A stretch of DNA of 59,845 nucleotides. Source: an uncultured Dehalococcoidia bacterium (GTDB lineage Bacteria > Chloroflexota > Dehalococcoidia > GIF9 > UBA5629). Shown here piece after piece: positions 7,132 to 16,994 of this stretch; the first letter of the stretch is position 1; every line of letters begins with the position of its first letter. The stretch covers positions 1 to 59,845 of the forward strand of contig CAIYTC010000239.1 in the NCBI GenBank assembly GCA_903929005.1. The letters are read 5' to 3'. Made by a program: the position numbers and the translations under genes. A model generated the notes under the pieces. It had not been told where the DNA came from. It saw nothing but the letters and a program-made list of their open reading frames with translations, and did not search any database.

Positions 7132-8973
7132 TCAAATTTCAGGCTTATTTTTGGTTTTTTGTGCTTTGGCCCGGCACGATGGTTGCCGGCCCTGCAGGCC
7201 GCAGAGGTTGCAATCGTCCAGGCGGCAGTCGGCGGTCTGGTCACCGGCCAGCATCTTCTGCCGCTCAGCGCCCAGGAAGGCACTGCTGACGCCGGAACTG
7301 ATATGTTCCCAGGGCAGCGTCTCCTCCGCATCACGCTCGCAGTGGGCGTAAAAGGAGGGGTCGATGCCGCATTCTTCAAACGACTGCTGCCATTTTTGGA
7401 AATCGAAAAACTCGCTCCAGGTATCCAGCCGGCAGCCCTTTTTCCAGGCGGTGTAGATGACGGCGCCCAGCCGCCGGTCGCCCCTGGAGAGAACGGCTTC
7501 CAGTAAACTGGTTTTAGCATCGTGCCAGGAAAGCTGAACGTTGCTGCGCCGCAACTGGTTCTGAAGCAGGCTGTGCTTCCCATTAAGCTGCTCCTCCCTG
7601 TCCTGTCCCGACCACTGGCATGGGGTATGTGGCTTGGGCACAAAGGATGAGACCGAGACCCTGACACGGGGCGGCCGGCCGCGTATAGACTTGCCCAGGC
7701 GGCTGACCGATTCTACCAAGCCGGCGATGTCCCTGACATCGTCTTGCGTCTCGGAGGGAAGGCCTACCATAAAGTATAACTTGAGGTTCATCCAGTCCTT
7801 TTCGAAGGCGGCGGCAAAGGTTTCCAGCATGGCCTGCTGCGGCATCATTTTATTGATAGCCCCGCGCAGCCGTTCGCTGCCCGCTTCCGGTGCGAAGGTA
7901 AGAGTGGCCTTGCGGCCAGAAGGCAGGGCATCGATCAGGCCGATAGATGATTTATCCAATCGCAGGCTGGGCAGTGAGATGCTTATCCCTTCGCGGGTAT
8001 ACCTGGCTGTGAGGCTGGCTACCAGGTGGTTTATGTTGCTGTAATCACCGGAACTGAGGGAGACCAGCGATAGTGTATTATACCCACAGTTATTCAGCAG
8101 GCATCCGGCGGCTTCCAGCACCTTGTCTTCAGGCAGCTCCCTGACCGGGCGGTAAAGGATACCGGCCTGGCAGAAACGGCAACCGCGGCTGCAGCCACGC
8201 TGGATTTCAACGGCGGCGCGGTCGTGGATAACCTCTATGTAAGGTACAACCGGCCTGATCACCGGTTTAAGCTCTTTAGCTATAACACGCTCGATAACCG
8301 GAGGAGCATTGCCATCAACGGGTTGTAAAGAAGCCAGCGTGCCGTTGGACCGGTAGGAAGGATAATAAAAACGTGGCACATAGAACCCCGGCAGCCCGCA
8401 AAGCCGGCGCAGCAATGCATCCTTATCTTTTTTACAGGCGTGTACAACCTCTACCAGGCCCGGCAGGGCATCCTCGGCTTCACCGGCGAAAAATACATCG
8501 ATAAAATCGGAGAGAGGTTCGGGGTTCATAGCGCAGCTACCACCTGCGATGACCAGTGGATATGAACTATCCCGGTCGCGGCTGAAGACCGGCAGGCCGG
8601 CCAGGTCGAGCATGTTGAGCACCGTGGTGCAGCTCAGCTCGTATCCCAGCGAGAAACCGATAACCTCGAACTGCCTCAACGGCCGGCGGCTCTCCAGGCT
8701 GTAAAGGGGGATATTATGCTGGCGGAGCTGCGCCTCCATGTCCGGCCAGGGCGCATAGACACGCTCGGCCAGGACGCCGGGCATATTATTAAGCTGCTCG
8801 TAGAGAATGGGGATTGCCATGTTGGACATCCCCACCTCGTAGATATCGGGGAAGGCCAGGGCTACGTGCACGGCAACATCATCCCAGTCCTTGGACAGGG
8901 AATTCCATTCCCCGCCGGTATAGCGGGCCGGTTTTACCACGCTGTGAAACAGGGAGTCATCAATTTGCAGCAT
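7132..8973 (-). CDS. B12-binding-domain radical SAM protein (TIGR03960-like family, function unknown)
   Basis: VKPARYTGGEWNS N-terminus and CSRGCRFCQAG radical-SAM cluster motif, about 610 aa. The track start (TTG 9018) coincides with the predicted -35 box, so ATG 8973 is preferred. Confidence 0.8.
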   Translation of the reverse strand: MLQIDDSLFHSVVKPARYTGGEWNSLSKDWDDVAVHVALAFPDIYEVGMSNMAIPILYEQLNNMPGVLAERVYAPWPDMEAQLRQHNIPLYSLESRRPLRQFEVIGFSLGYELSCTTVLNMLDLAGLPVFSRDRDSSYPLVIAGGSCAMNPEPLSDFIDVFFAGEAEDALPGLVEVVHACKKDKDALLRRLCGLPGFYVPRFYYPSYRSNGTLASLQPVDGNAPPVIERVIAKELKPVIRPVVPYIEVIHDRAAVEIQRGCSRGCRFCQAGILYRPVRELPEDKVLEAAGCLLNNCGYNTLSLVSLSSGDYSNINHLVASLTARYTREGISISLPSLRLDKSSIGLIDALPSGRKATLTFAPEAGSERLRGAINKMMPQQAMLETFAAAFEKDWMNLKLYFMVGLPSETQDDVRDIAGLVESVSRLGKSIRGRPPRVRVSVSSFVPKPHTPCQWSGQDREEQLNGKHSLLQNQLRRSNVQLSWHDAKTSLLEAVLSRGDRRLGAVIYTAWKKGCRLDTWSEFFDFQKWQQSFEECGIDPSFYAHCERDAEETLPWEHISSGVSSAFLGAERQKMLAGDQTADCRLDDCNLCGLQGRQPSCRAKAQKTKNKPEI

Positions 8974-8989
8974 ATCTGTTGAGTCTTCA

Positions 8990-9018
8990 ATTATAACCGC
9001 CGCCCAGCGTGCATACAA
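8990..9018 (-). promoter_or_regulatory. sigma70-like promoter for the radical SAM gene
   Basis: On the minus strand: TTGTAT (9018-9013), 17 nt spacer, TATAAT (8995-8990). The ATG at 8973 lies 16 nt downstream of the -10. Confidence 0.45.
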
Positions 9019-9070
9019 AAGCGGGCTGAGCGATAGCAGGTTTAATTATGGCATTATTGGCGGCAAGGCG

Positions 9071-9100
9071 TTGACACTGAGCAACGTAAAAGAGTATAAA
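9071..9100 (+). promoter_or_regulatory. sigma70-like promoter for the PAS/GAF sensor gene
   Basis: TTGACA (9071-9076), 18 nt spacer, TATAAA (9095-9100). Confidence 0.5.
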
Positions 9101-9157
9101 ATAGACTGTTTATATTTAATGTATAAAGCGGAGAATGGGGTCCGGTGGTATAAGGCC

Positions 9158-11539
9158 ATGGCGCGTAAAACAGTAAAAAAAGAAAACAGGCAGGCCAGGC
9201 TGGCAGATATGGGCCAACAACCCGCTGTTAAGAAAGCCGGTGTGAGGCGTGGCAGGAGGGAAAAGGGTAGGGCAGAGCCTGCTGTGCAGCATTTAACCGG
9301 CCTGCTGGGCAGGTTGCCGCAAGCTGTATGCGTCTTCGATAAATACGGCACTATCGCATATTGCAATGAGAGCTTTGCCGCCCTGGCAGGACGGCCGCTA
9401 AAAAAGCTGATTGGACGGAAGCTGAGGAAAAATACGTTGTGGGGCCTGCCGGGGCAGCCGGATGAGTTCAGGGAGCTATTCCTGCGGGCCAAAGAATCCC
9501 GGCAGCCACTGTTAGTGCAGGCCCTGCCGGTAAATAGGGACGGGCAGGCGCCACAATACTGGGACCTGGAATTCAACCCACATATTTCTAAAAAGAAAAA
9601 AATTGAGGGCATGAGCCTGCTGGTGGAGGATGTGACACCCGAGCGCTCCCTGAAAAATAAGAGAGAGCTGCTGAATGACTACTACGCGGCGGCGTTGCAC
9701 CATAATGCAATTCAGCCGCTGCTGGAAGATCTGATCGGCCTGCTTAAAGACTTCAGCGGCTGTCCTGCCGTGCAAATACTGATCCTTGACAGGTACAGTG
9801 GTAAAATATTGAAAGCCTCCAGTGAGAGCGGACCCGGGTTGTGGGACAGCGGGCAGGAATTGACCCCGGCGGCGGTGGAAAGCCTTTTCAGCCGGGCTCA
9901 TGGCGCAGCGGAAAGTTACTTCAGTGAGGATGGCTGCGTATACGTGGCAAACATTAGCGCTGCCGGAAACGGGTTGAGCGGCAGCCTGAAAGAGCGGGTG
10001 ACAAATGCCCGCAACTCATACGGCTATAACTCGCTGGCACTCGTGCCTGTCATTCTGGAAGGTAGGCCGGGCGGTTATATCCAACTTGCCAGTCCGAAAG
10101 AGGACGGCGTTGCGGCCGAAACCTTGAGAGCTGTGAAAAATATCGCCGGGCACCTCCAGGTGATACTCGAACTTGTCGGCCTCAAGGAGGAGGGCGGCCG
10201 GCAGCGCCAGAGCCTGCTCAAGCAGGTTTATGAAAGGTCTGCCCACCTCGAGTCTTTGAACCAACGGCTCAAACAGGAGGCAGTTGAACGGAAGAGAGCA
10301 CAGGAAGAGGCGCAGGTGCAGCGGGACCTGGCCATAGCCCTCAACGGCATAGAAAACATGCCGGATGCACTGCAACTGTGCCTTGATACGGCCATCAGTG
10401 TTTCCGGCATTGACAGCGGCGGGATCTACATAGCCGACCCGGTGGCCGGCGGGTTTAAACTGGCCGTTAACAGGGGCCTATCCGAGGATTTTAGCCGGGT
10501 CGTTTCCTACTACAGCGCTGCTGCGCCAAACGCGCAAATCATCTTTGGCGGCAAAGCTATTTATGCCAGGCACCAGGATTTAGGGACGCCGATGAATGAG
10601 GCGCTTCTCAAAGAAGGACTGAGAGGCGCGGGTATCATCCCCATTATGCACGGCGGCAAGGCGGTAGCCTGCCTGAACATCGCCTCGCACGTTTTCGACG
10701 AGATCCCGTTTAACGCACGCAATGCGCTGGAATCAATGGCCGCTTACCTGGGGACTTTCATAGCGCACATCAGTGACCGGGAAGGGCTGGCCGAGAGCGA
10801 GGAGCGTTACCGGACGCTGTTTGCCTGTACCTTGAATCCCATATTGGTCATCGACACTGAGGGCAATTACATCGATGGTAATGACGCCGCGCTGGATTTC
10901 CTTGAATGTGCGCGGGAAGAATTCCTCTCTATGAGCGTTAAAAATACCCTGCCACCTTACCTGGATGAACACTGGTACGAGCAGTTGCGCAATATCTGGC
11001 TGACAGGAGGGACGGTAGAGCGGGACTATTACGTTTGGGGCAAGATAAAAGTGCTGGAACTGACTATCACACCGCTCCAGGTTGGTGGGCGCAAGACAGT
11101 AATTGGCATAGGCAAGGACATCACGGAACGGAAAAAGGTTGAAGCAGCGCTCAAGGAGTCTGAAGAAAAATACCGCTCCGTGGTTGAAAACGCCGGGGAA
11201 GCAATTTTCGTAGTACAGGATTCGATAATAAAGTTCGCCAACCAGCGTAGCTTGGAGCTGATGCAATATTCGATGGATGACCTGTCTGCCAGGCCTTTAC
11301 AGGATTTCATCCACCCCGAAGACAGGCATAGGGTAGTCGAACGTTATCTATCGCGGCTTAACGGCGAGGATGTCGAGCCGGTCTGCCCGTTCAGGATTAT
11401 AGATAAGAACGGCTCTGCCAAATGGGTAGAGCTGCGGGTCTCGCCTATGCAATGGGAAAATAAGCCTGCCATACTTACTTTCATAACGGATGCCACGGAG
11501 CGCTGGCAGGCCGGGCAGCAGGGTTCCATACTACCTTAG
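9158..11539 (+). CDS. multi-domain PAS/GAF sensor protein without recognisable output domain
   Basis: Apparent order is PAS (AYCNESFAALAGRPLKKLIG), GAF, coiled coil, GAF, PAS (ERYRTLFACTLNPILVID), PAS (EEKYRSVVENAGEAIFVV). It ends ...FITDATERWQAGQQGSILP* with no HisKA/HATPase, GGDEF or HTH. Start is set at ATG 9158, downstream of the predicted promoter; the track start 9071 is the -35 box itself. Confidence 0.75.
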   Translation: MARKTVKKENRQARLADMGQQPAVKKAGVRRGRREKGRAEPAVQHLTGLLGRLPQAVCVFDKYGTIAYCNESFAALAGRPLKKLIGRKLRKNTLWGLPGQPDEFRELFLRAKESRQPLLVQALPVNRDGQAPQYWDLEFNPHISKKKKIEGMSLLVEDVTPERSLKNKRELLNDYYAAALHHNAIQPLLEDLIGLLKDFSGCPAVQILILDRYSGKILKASSESGPGLWDSGQELTPAAVESLFSRAHGAAESYFSEDGCVYVANISAAGNGLSGSLKERVTNARNSYGYNSLALVPVILEGRPGGYIQLASPKEDGVAAETLRAVKNIAGHLQVILELVGLKEEGGRQRQSLLKQVYERSAHLESLNQRLKQEAVERKRAQEEAQVQRDLAIALNGIENMPDALQLCLDTAISVSGIDSGGIYIADPVAGGFKLAVNRGLSEDFSRVVSYYSAAAPNAQIIFGGKAIYARHQDLGTPMNEALLKEGLRGAGIIPIMHGGKAVACLNIASHVFDEIPFNARNALESMAAYLGTFIAHISDREGLAESEERYRTLFACTLNPILVIDTEGNYIDGNDAALDFLECAREEFLSMSVKNTLPPYLDEHWYEQLRNIWLTGGTVERDYYVWGKIKVLELTITPLQVGGRKTVIGIGKDITERKKVEAALKESEEKYRSVVENAGEAIFVVQDSIIKFANQRSLELMQYSMDDLSARPLQDFIHPEDRHRVVERYLSRLNGEDVEPVCPFRIIDKNGSAKWVELRVSPMQWENKPAILTFITDATERWQAGQQGSILP

Positions 11540-11689
11540 GAGGCGCGAAACTCCTACACTGATTAAAAATGAGTTATTCCACGGCATATCAACCAGGTCA
11601 TGAAATTCTTTTCCACCCCGGCACAGCTTTATTTCCGCCCAAAATTGACAAGCCGTGATTTGATGGCTTCTACATTATTCATACTATTG

Positions 11690-11719
11690 TTGACAGGGAG
11701 TGAATTTCTGTGATATTAT
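11690..11719 (+). promoter_or_regulatory. strong sigma70-like promoter of the ribosomal super-operon
   Basis: TTGACA (11690-11695), 18 nt spacer, TATTAT (11714-11719) with an extended -10 TGa at 11711-11713. It lies about 185 nt upstream of the rpsL ATG. Confidence 0.55.
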
Positions 11720-11904
11720 TTCCCTTTGTTGCAAACTCGCGCTGATATTCATAGGTTCAGCGAAGGTTTGGGATTACCTGGATATTAATCAAGCCGGCTG
11801 GTTGACCCGGGATGTGGGCCAGATCGGGAAGTAGTCCGGGAACAACTAAGTGGCTTTTTAATTTGCCCAAAATTTGGGAATAACAATAAAAGGATGAGAA
11901 TAGT

Positions 11905-12336
11905 ATGCCGACAGTAAACCAGTTGGTCAGAAAAGGCCGCCGCAAGGTAGCCAGGAAGACCAAGTCGCCCGCGTTGCAGGTGATATACAATACGCTCAAG
12001 AACAAATCGAGGAAGGGCGTATGTTCACCGCAGAAGCGCGGGGTCTGCGTACAGGTTAAAACCATGACTCCCAAGAAGCCTAATTCGGCGTTGCGCAAAA
12101 TAGCCCGCGTAAGGCTGACCAACCATATCGAGGTCACGGCCTACATACCCGGAGAGGGCCATAATTTGCAGGAACACTCGGTGGTACTGATCCGCGGCGG
12201 CAGGGTGAAAGACCTGCCGGGCGTTCGATATCATATTATCCGCGGCGCGCTCGATGCTGCGGGAGTCGACAAGCGCAGGCAGGGACGCAGCAAATACGGC
12301 GCCAAGGCGCCCAAAAAAGCCACTGCGGCCGGTTAA
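11905..12336 (+). CDS. rpsL: 30S ribosomal protein S12
   Basis: [14 protein letters not shown]...[11 protein letters not shown]...[17 protein letters not shown]. Confidence 0.97.
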   Translation: MPTVNQLVRKGRRKVARKTKSPALQVIYNTLKNKSRKGVCSPQKRGVCVQVKTMTPKKPNSALRKIARVRLTNHIEVTAYIPGEGHNLQEHSVVLIRGGRVKDLPGVRYHIIRGALDAAGVDKRRQGRSKYGAKAPKKATAAG

Positions 12337-12354
12337 ATTTAACGGGGAGATAAT

Positions 12355-12825
12355 ATGTCGAGGCGAGCCAAATTTGTAAACAAAGAAGTCAGCCCGGACC
12401 CTAAATACGGGAGCGCGGTAGTGGCCAGATTTATTAATAAGATAATGTATATGGGCAAGAAGTCTATTGCCCAGGGCATTGTTTATGATGCCTTTGACCG
12501 CATCAGCAAGCAGAGCAAGACTGAGCCGCTGCAGGTTTTTGAGCAGGCTATGAAGAATGCCACCCCCAACCTGCAGGTCAAATCGAGGCGCGTGGGTGGC
12601 GCTACATACCAGGTACCTATTGAAGTCAGCCAGGAGCGCGGCGAGTTCCTGGCAACAAAATGGATCATTACTTATGCCAGGGACCGCGGCGGAAGGTCGA
12701 TGGCCGAAAAGCTGGCCGCGGAATTGATGGATGCGGCACAGGGTCAGGGTAATTCCATCAAGAAGAGACAGGATACCCACAAGATGGCTGAGGCAAATAA
12801 GGCATTTGCGCATTACAAATGGTAA
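12355..12825 (+). CDS. rpsG: 30S ribosomal protein S7
   Basis: [18 protein letters not shown]...[20 protein letters not shown]. Confidence 0.97.
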   Translation: MSRRAKFVNKEVSPDPKYGSAVVARFINKIMYMGKKSIAQGIVYDAFDRISKQSKTEPLQVFEQAMKNATPNLQVKSRRVGGATYQVPIEVSQERGEFLATKWIITYARDRGGRSMAEKLAAELMDAAQGQGNSIKKRQDTHKMAEANKAFAHYKW

Positions 12826-12875
12826 TAGCTGGAATTAAAGAATCCCGGCCGAAATCAGGCCAGGGTGTTAATAAA

Positions 12876-14954
12876 GTGACAAGATCATTTCCGCTCGATA
12901 AAATACGGAACATAGGCATTATCGCCCACATAGATGCCGGGAAAACTACGACCACTGAAAGGATACTTTTCTATACCGGCAGGACCTATAAAGTTGGCGA
13001 GGTGCATAATGGCACGGCGGTTATGGATTGGATGGTGCAGGAGAGGGAACGCGGCATTACTATAACATCCGCTGCCACCACCTGCCACTGGAAAGAAGAG
13101 CGCATTAATATCATTGATACCCCCGGACATGTTGATTTCACCGCTGAAGTCGAGCGCAGCCTGCGCGTGCTGGATGGCGGTGTGGTGGTGCTGGATGCCG
13201 TAGCCGGAGTTGAAGCACAGTCCGAAACCGTATGGCGCCAAGCTGACAGGTACGGTGTGCCCAGGATATGCTTCATCAATAAGATGGACAGGATTGGAGC
13301 TGACTTTGAGCGGACCATCGGCATGATTGAAGACCGGCTCAAGGCCAAGTCCGTGGCTATACAGCTTCCCATCGGCAGGGAGAACCTTTTCCGCGGCGTG
13401 GTTGACCTGGTGGCCAAAAAGGCCTGGGTATTTCCTGATGAGGTCACTGAAGAGCCAACGGAAACTGAGATCCCGGAAGATTTGAAAGAGCAGACAGCCA
13501 GGTCCAGGCATGATATGATCGAAAAGCTGGCAGAAAATGATGACCAGCTTATGCTTAGATATGTTGATAACCAGGAAATCAGCGAAGAAGATATCAAGGC
13601 CGCAATCAGGCGGCTTACCATTGCTAACAGGATTGTGCCGATAGTCTGCGGCACTGCCCTGCGCAACAAAGGTATCCAGTTAGTGCTGGATGCTGTTGTT
13701 GACTACCTGCCGTCACCGCTGGATAAACCACCGCTAAAAGTCATTGATACCGCGACCGGCCAGGAAGTAATCCGCACGGCCAGCGATGATGAGCCCTTCA
13801 CGGCCCTCGCATTCAAGGTAGTTTCAGACCAATTTGTAGGAAGGCTGGTTTATTTCAGGGTTTATTCGGGCAGCATTAAAGTTGGCGCCCAGATACATAA
13901 TGCCAGCAGGCAGGGCAGGGAACGCCTGGGCAGGCTGCTGTTGATGCATGCTAATAAACGCGAAGAAATTGAGGAAGTAGATACTGGCAGCATCGCGGCT
14001 ACGCTGGGTTTAAAGAACACCTTTACCGGTGACACGCTTTGCGGGGCAGGGCAAACCGTGTTGCTGGAGGACATAAAATTCCCCGAGCCGGTAATTTCTA
14101 TGGCCGTCGAGCCCAAGAGCAAGGCAGATCAGGATAAATTGGGCGATGCCATGGGAAGGCTGGCGGAGGAGGACCCCACTTTTAAAATCCGCAGCAACGA
14201 GGAGACCGGTCAGACAATTATTTCAGGCATGGGTGAATTACATCTCGAGGTACTGGTCGACCGTATGATGAGGGAATTCGGCGTACAGGTCAGGGTCGGG
14301 AAGCCACAAGTTGCCTATAAGGAGACTGTAACAGTGCCGGTTGAGGCTGAAGGACGCTTTATCCGCCAGAGCGGCGGGCACGGCCAGTACGGTCATTGCT
14401 GGCTCAAAATTGAGCCGGGCGAGCGCAACAGCGGATTTGTATTTGTTAATGCGGTGCGCGGTGGCGATATATCCAGGCAATACATACCGGCGATTGAAGC
14501 AGGTGTACGTGAGGCGCTGGATACGGGCGGAGTCAGCGGGTACCCGCTGGTTGATATAAAAGTTACGGTATTTGATGGCAGCGAGCACGATGTCGACTCG
14601 TCGGAAATGGCATTCAAAATGGCCGGTTCATTTGCCTTGAAAGAAGGCGTTTCTAAAGCGAAATCGGTGGTGCTCGAGCCCATTATGAGACTGGAAGTAG
14701 TGACACCTTCCGCTTTCATGGGTGATGTAATCGGCGATATCAATTCCAGGCGCGGACAGGTGCAGGGCATTGAGACGCATGGTGAGACGTGTGTTATACA
14801 CAGCTTTGTCCCACTGGCCGAATCTTTTGGCTACACCACGACCTTGCGCTCGCTTACACAGGGCAGGGCCACTTCTTCAATGGAATTCCAGCAGTATAGC
14901 GTGGTGCCGGCCAGTATTCTGGAAGAAATGTTAGCTAAATCAAAGGGTAGGTAA
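12876..14954 (+). CDS. fusA: elongation factor G
   Basis: [29 protein letters not shown] and NKMDR GTPase motifs, followed by full EF-G domains. GTG 12876 gives the usual length of about 9 residues before RNIG. The alternative is ATG 12819, which overlaps the rpsG stop. Confidence 0.93.
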   Translation: MTRSFPLDKIRNIGIIAHIDAGKTTTTERILFYTGRTYKVGEVHNGTAVMDWMVQERERGITITSAATTCHWKEERINIIDTPGHVDFTAEVERSLRVLDGGVVVLDAVAGVEAQSETVWRQADRYGVPRICFINKMDRIGADFERTIGMIEDRLKAKSVAIQLPIGRENLFRGVVDLVAKKAWVFPDEVTEEPTETEIPEDLKEQTARSRHDMIEKLAENDDQLMLRYVDNQEISEEDIKAAIRRLTIANRIVPIVCGTALRNKGIQLVLDAVVDYLPSPLDKPPLKVIDTATGQEVIRTASDDEPFTALAFKVVSDQFVGRLVYFRVYSGSIKVGAQIHNASRQGRERLGRLLLMHANKREEIEEVDTGSIAATLGLKNTFTGDTLCGAGQTVLLEDIKFPEPVISMAVEPKSKADQDKLGDAMGRLAEEDPTFKIRSNEETGQTIISGMGELHLEVLVDRMMREFGVQVRVGKPQVAYKETVTVPVEAEGRFIRQSGGHGQYGHCWLKIEPGERNSGFVFVNAVRGGDISRQYIPAIEAGVREALDTGGVSGYPLVDIKVTVFDGSEHDVDSSEMAFKMAGSFALKEGVSKAKSVVLEPIMRLEVVTPSAFMGDVIGDINSRRGQVQGIETHGETCVIHSFVPLAESFGYTTTLRSLTQGRATSSMEFQQYSVVPASILEEMLAKSKGR

Positions 14955-15263
14955 ATGACCAAGCAGAAGATAAGAATTAAACTGAGGGGATACGATCACA
15001 GGATGGTCGACCAATCTGCCGGGCAGATTGTGGAAACCGCTATTAAATCGGGCGCCGAGGTCATAGGGCCGATTCCGCTGCCGACGAGAATTGAGAAATT
15101 CTGTGTCATCAGGTCGGGTTTTATTGATAAGGATTCCCGTGAGCAGTTTGAAATACGCACTCATAAAAGGCTGATTGATATAGTCGGGCCCACCGCTAAG
15201 ACCATTGACGCCCTGACACAGTTGCAATTGCCCTCAGGCGTGGAAATTGATATCAGATTGTAG
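14955..15263 (+). CDS. rpsJ: 30S ribosomal protein S10
   Basis: [24 protein letters not shown]...THKRLIDI. The ATG directly abuts the fusA stop. Confidence 0.97.
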   Translation: MTKQKIRIKLRGYDHRMVDQSAGQIVETAIKSGAEVIGPIPLPTRIEKFCVIRSGFIDKDSREQFEIRTHKRLIDIVGPTAKTIDALTQLQLPSGVEIDIRL

Positions 15264-15274
15264 GAATGTAAGAA

Positions 15275-15883
15275 ATGGCTGGCATACTTGGTAAAAAAAT
15301 TGGAATGACGCAGTTATACAAGGAAAATCTCGAGATCGTCGTGACGGCTATCGAAGCGGGCCCATGCTGCGTTACGCAGATCAAGACGATCGAAAAAGAT
15401 AAATACAACGCAGTGCAGATCGGTTTCGGTGAGTCCAGGAAGCTGAGCAAGGCCGAGAAAGGCCATTTGAAGGATAACGGGAATTACCGCTATTTGCGCG
15501 AGCTGCGCATCGATGATGTGAAAGATTACCAGGTCGGGCAAAAGATAGATGCAGGTATGTTCAAAGCTGGCGACGTTGTACAGGTGGAAGGCATTTCTAA
15601 GGGAAAAGGATTTGCCGGCGGCGTAAAAAGGTATCATTTTCGCGGCGGGCCAAAGACACACGGCCAGTCCGACAGGCACCGCGCACCTGGTTCGGTTGGT
15701 TCCACTACCACCCCGGGCCGCGTATTAAAAGGTTTGCGCATGGCCGGGCATATGGGCGCCCGCAAGGTAACAATGCGCAACCTCGTAGTGGTTGAGGTCG
15801 ACACAGGGAAAAATGTGGTGCTGCTGAAGGGCGCGGTACCCGGCGCCAAGGGCGGGATACTGCTGATAGAGAAAGCGGCTTAA
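15275..15883 (+). CDS. rplC: 50S ribosomal protein L3
   Basis: GILGKKIGMTQ...GKGFAGGVKRYHFRGGPKTHGQSDRHRAPGS. Confidence 0.97.
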   Translation: MAGILGKKIGMTQLYKENLEIVVTAIEAGPCCVTQIKTIEKDKYNAVQIGFGESRKLSKAEKGHLKDNGNYRYLRELRIDDVKDYQVGQKIDAGMFKAGDVVQVEGISKGKGFAGGVKRYHFRGGPKTHGQSDRHRAPGSVGSTTTPGRVLKGLRMAGHMGARKVTMRNLVVVEVDTGKNVVLLKGAVPGAKGGILLIEKAA

Positions 15884-15895
15884 AAGGTTACTGCA

Positions 15896-16552
15896 GTGGA
15901 TTTTGAAGTATTTGATTTAAAAGGCGCCAGGACCGGCAAAATAAAGGTCAGCGATTACGTGTTTGGGCAAACCGTAAATGAAGCGGTAGTGCACCAGGCG
16001 CTGCTCAGGCAGTTAGCCAACCGCCGTCAGGGTAATGCGGATACACAAACACGCTCTGACGTCACACGGAGCACCAAGAAGCTCTACGCTCAGAAACATA
16101 CGGGCAGGGCCAGGCGCGGCAGCGCCAATTCTCCGTTGCTGAAGGGTGGCGGAGTAGTATTCGGGCCGCATCCCCGGAGCTACCGCCAGGATATGCCTAA
16201 AAAAATGCGCTGGCTGGCTTTGAGAAGCGTGCTCTCAGGTAAGGTCCGCGATGGCGAGGTCAAAGTCCTGAAGAAACTTGAGCTTAAAGAACCCAAGACT
16301 AAACTGATGACGGAGATCCTGGATTATCTCGGTGTTGAAAGCACCGCCATCATCGGGGTTGCTATGGGCAATGACTATATTACCATGGCGAGTTCTAACC
16401 TGCCGGGTATAAAAACGACCATGGTTTCGATGCTGAACGTAGCAGACCTGCTTTCTTATAAGATGCTGGTGTTGGACGTTGCTGCCGTACGCCGCATTGA
16501 AGAGTTATGGGATAGGAAAGCGGCCGCCACGAGCAAGGAAAAAGCAGGATAA
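15896..16552 (+). CDS. rplD: 50S ribosomal protein L4
   Basis: GTG start. QALLRQLANRRQGNADTQTRSDV...HTGRARRGS is L4-like, and the operon position fits. Confidence 0.95.
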   Translation: MDFEVFDLKGARTGKIKVSDYVFGQTVNEAVVHQALLRQLANRRQGNADTQTRSDVTRSTKKLYAQKHTGRARRGSANSPLLKGGGVVFGPHPRSYRQDMPKKMRWLALRSVLSGKVRDGEVKVLKKLELKEPKTKLMTEILDYLGVESTAIIGVAMGNDYITMASSNLPGIKTTMVSMLNVADLLSYKMLVLDVAAVRRIEELWDRKAAATSKEKAG

Positions 16553-16576
16553 GGCTCTAAGAGGGTTATTAGCAAC

Positions 16577-16861
16577 ATGAATTTATATGAAGTTTTACGC
16601 AGACCGCTCATAACTGAAAAGAGCACGCGGCTTTCCGAAAGCAATAAATATGTCTTTGAGGTGGATAAAAAGGCCTCCAAGGACCAGGTCAGGCAGGCTG
16701 TTGAAAAAGCCTTTAAAGTCGCGGTGCGGGGCGTCAATATTATCAAGGTGCCCGGTGAAATTAAACGCATGGGCAGGCGAGAAGTGAAGCGCCCTCCCTG
16801 GAAGAAGGCAATAGTGACACTCAAAGAAGGCGATAAAATACAATTCTTTGAGGGTGTCTAA
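16577..16861 (+). CDS. rplW: 50S ribosomal protein L23
   Basis: LRRPLITEKS...KYVFEVDKKASKDQVRQAVEKAFKV...KKAIVTL. Confidence 0.96.
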   Translation: MNLYEVLRRPLITEKSTRLSESNKYVFEVDKKASKDQVRQAVEKAFKVAVRGVNIIKVPGEIKRMGRREVKRPPWKKAIVTLKEGDKIQFFEGV

Positions 16862-16878
16862 GATAACAGGAGTAGAAA

Positions 16879-16974
16879 TTGGGTTCTGTTATAAAGAAAC
16901 GCAAAAAAAAGATGGCGAAGCATAAGCATCGTAAGCTCTTGAGAAAGAACCGATGGCAAAAACGCCATTCGTAA
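16879..16974 (+). CDS. bS22-like small basic ribosomal peptide (AURKAIP1/COX24-type), 31 aa
   Basis: TTG start 6 nt after AGGAG (16868-16872). Peptide is (M)[30 protein letters not shown], with stop TAA at 16972-16974. It closely resembles the mycobacterial bS22 sequence as I remember it. It fills the otherwise unexplained 133-nt rplW-rplB gap. Confidence 0.75.
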   Translation: [31 protein letters not shown]

Positions 16975-16994
16975 AAAGGTAGGAGTAGTTAGAT

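Noticed and set aside
11977-12021. Insertion of about 15 aa in S12 ([15 protein letters not shown]) relative to E. coli and Thermus.
   Set aside because: A comparable insertion exists in Bacillus subtilis S12 as I remember it (NKGYNSFKKEHTNVS). It is a known monoderm-type feature and is useful only as a taxonomic hint.
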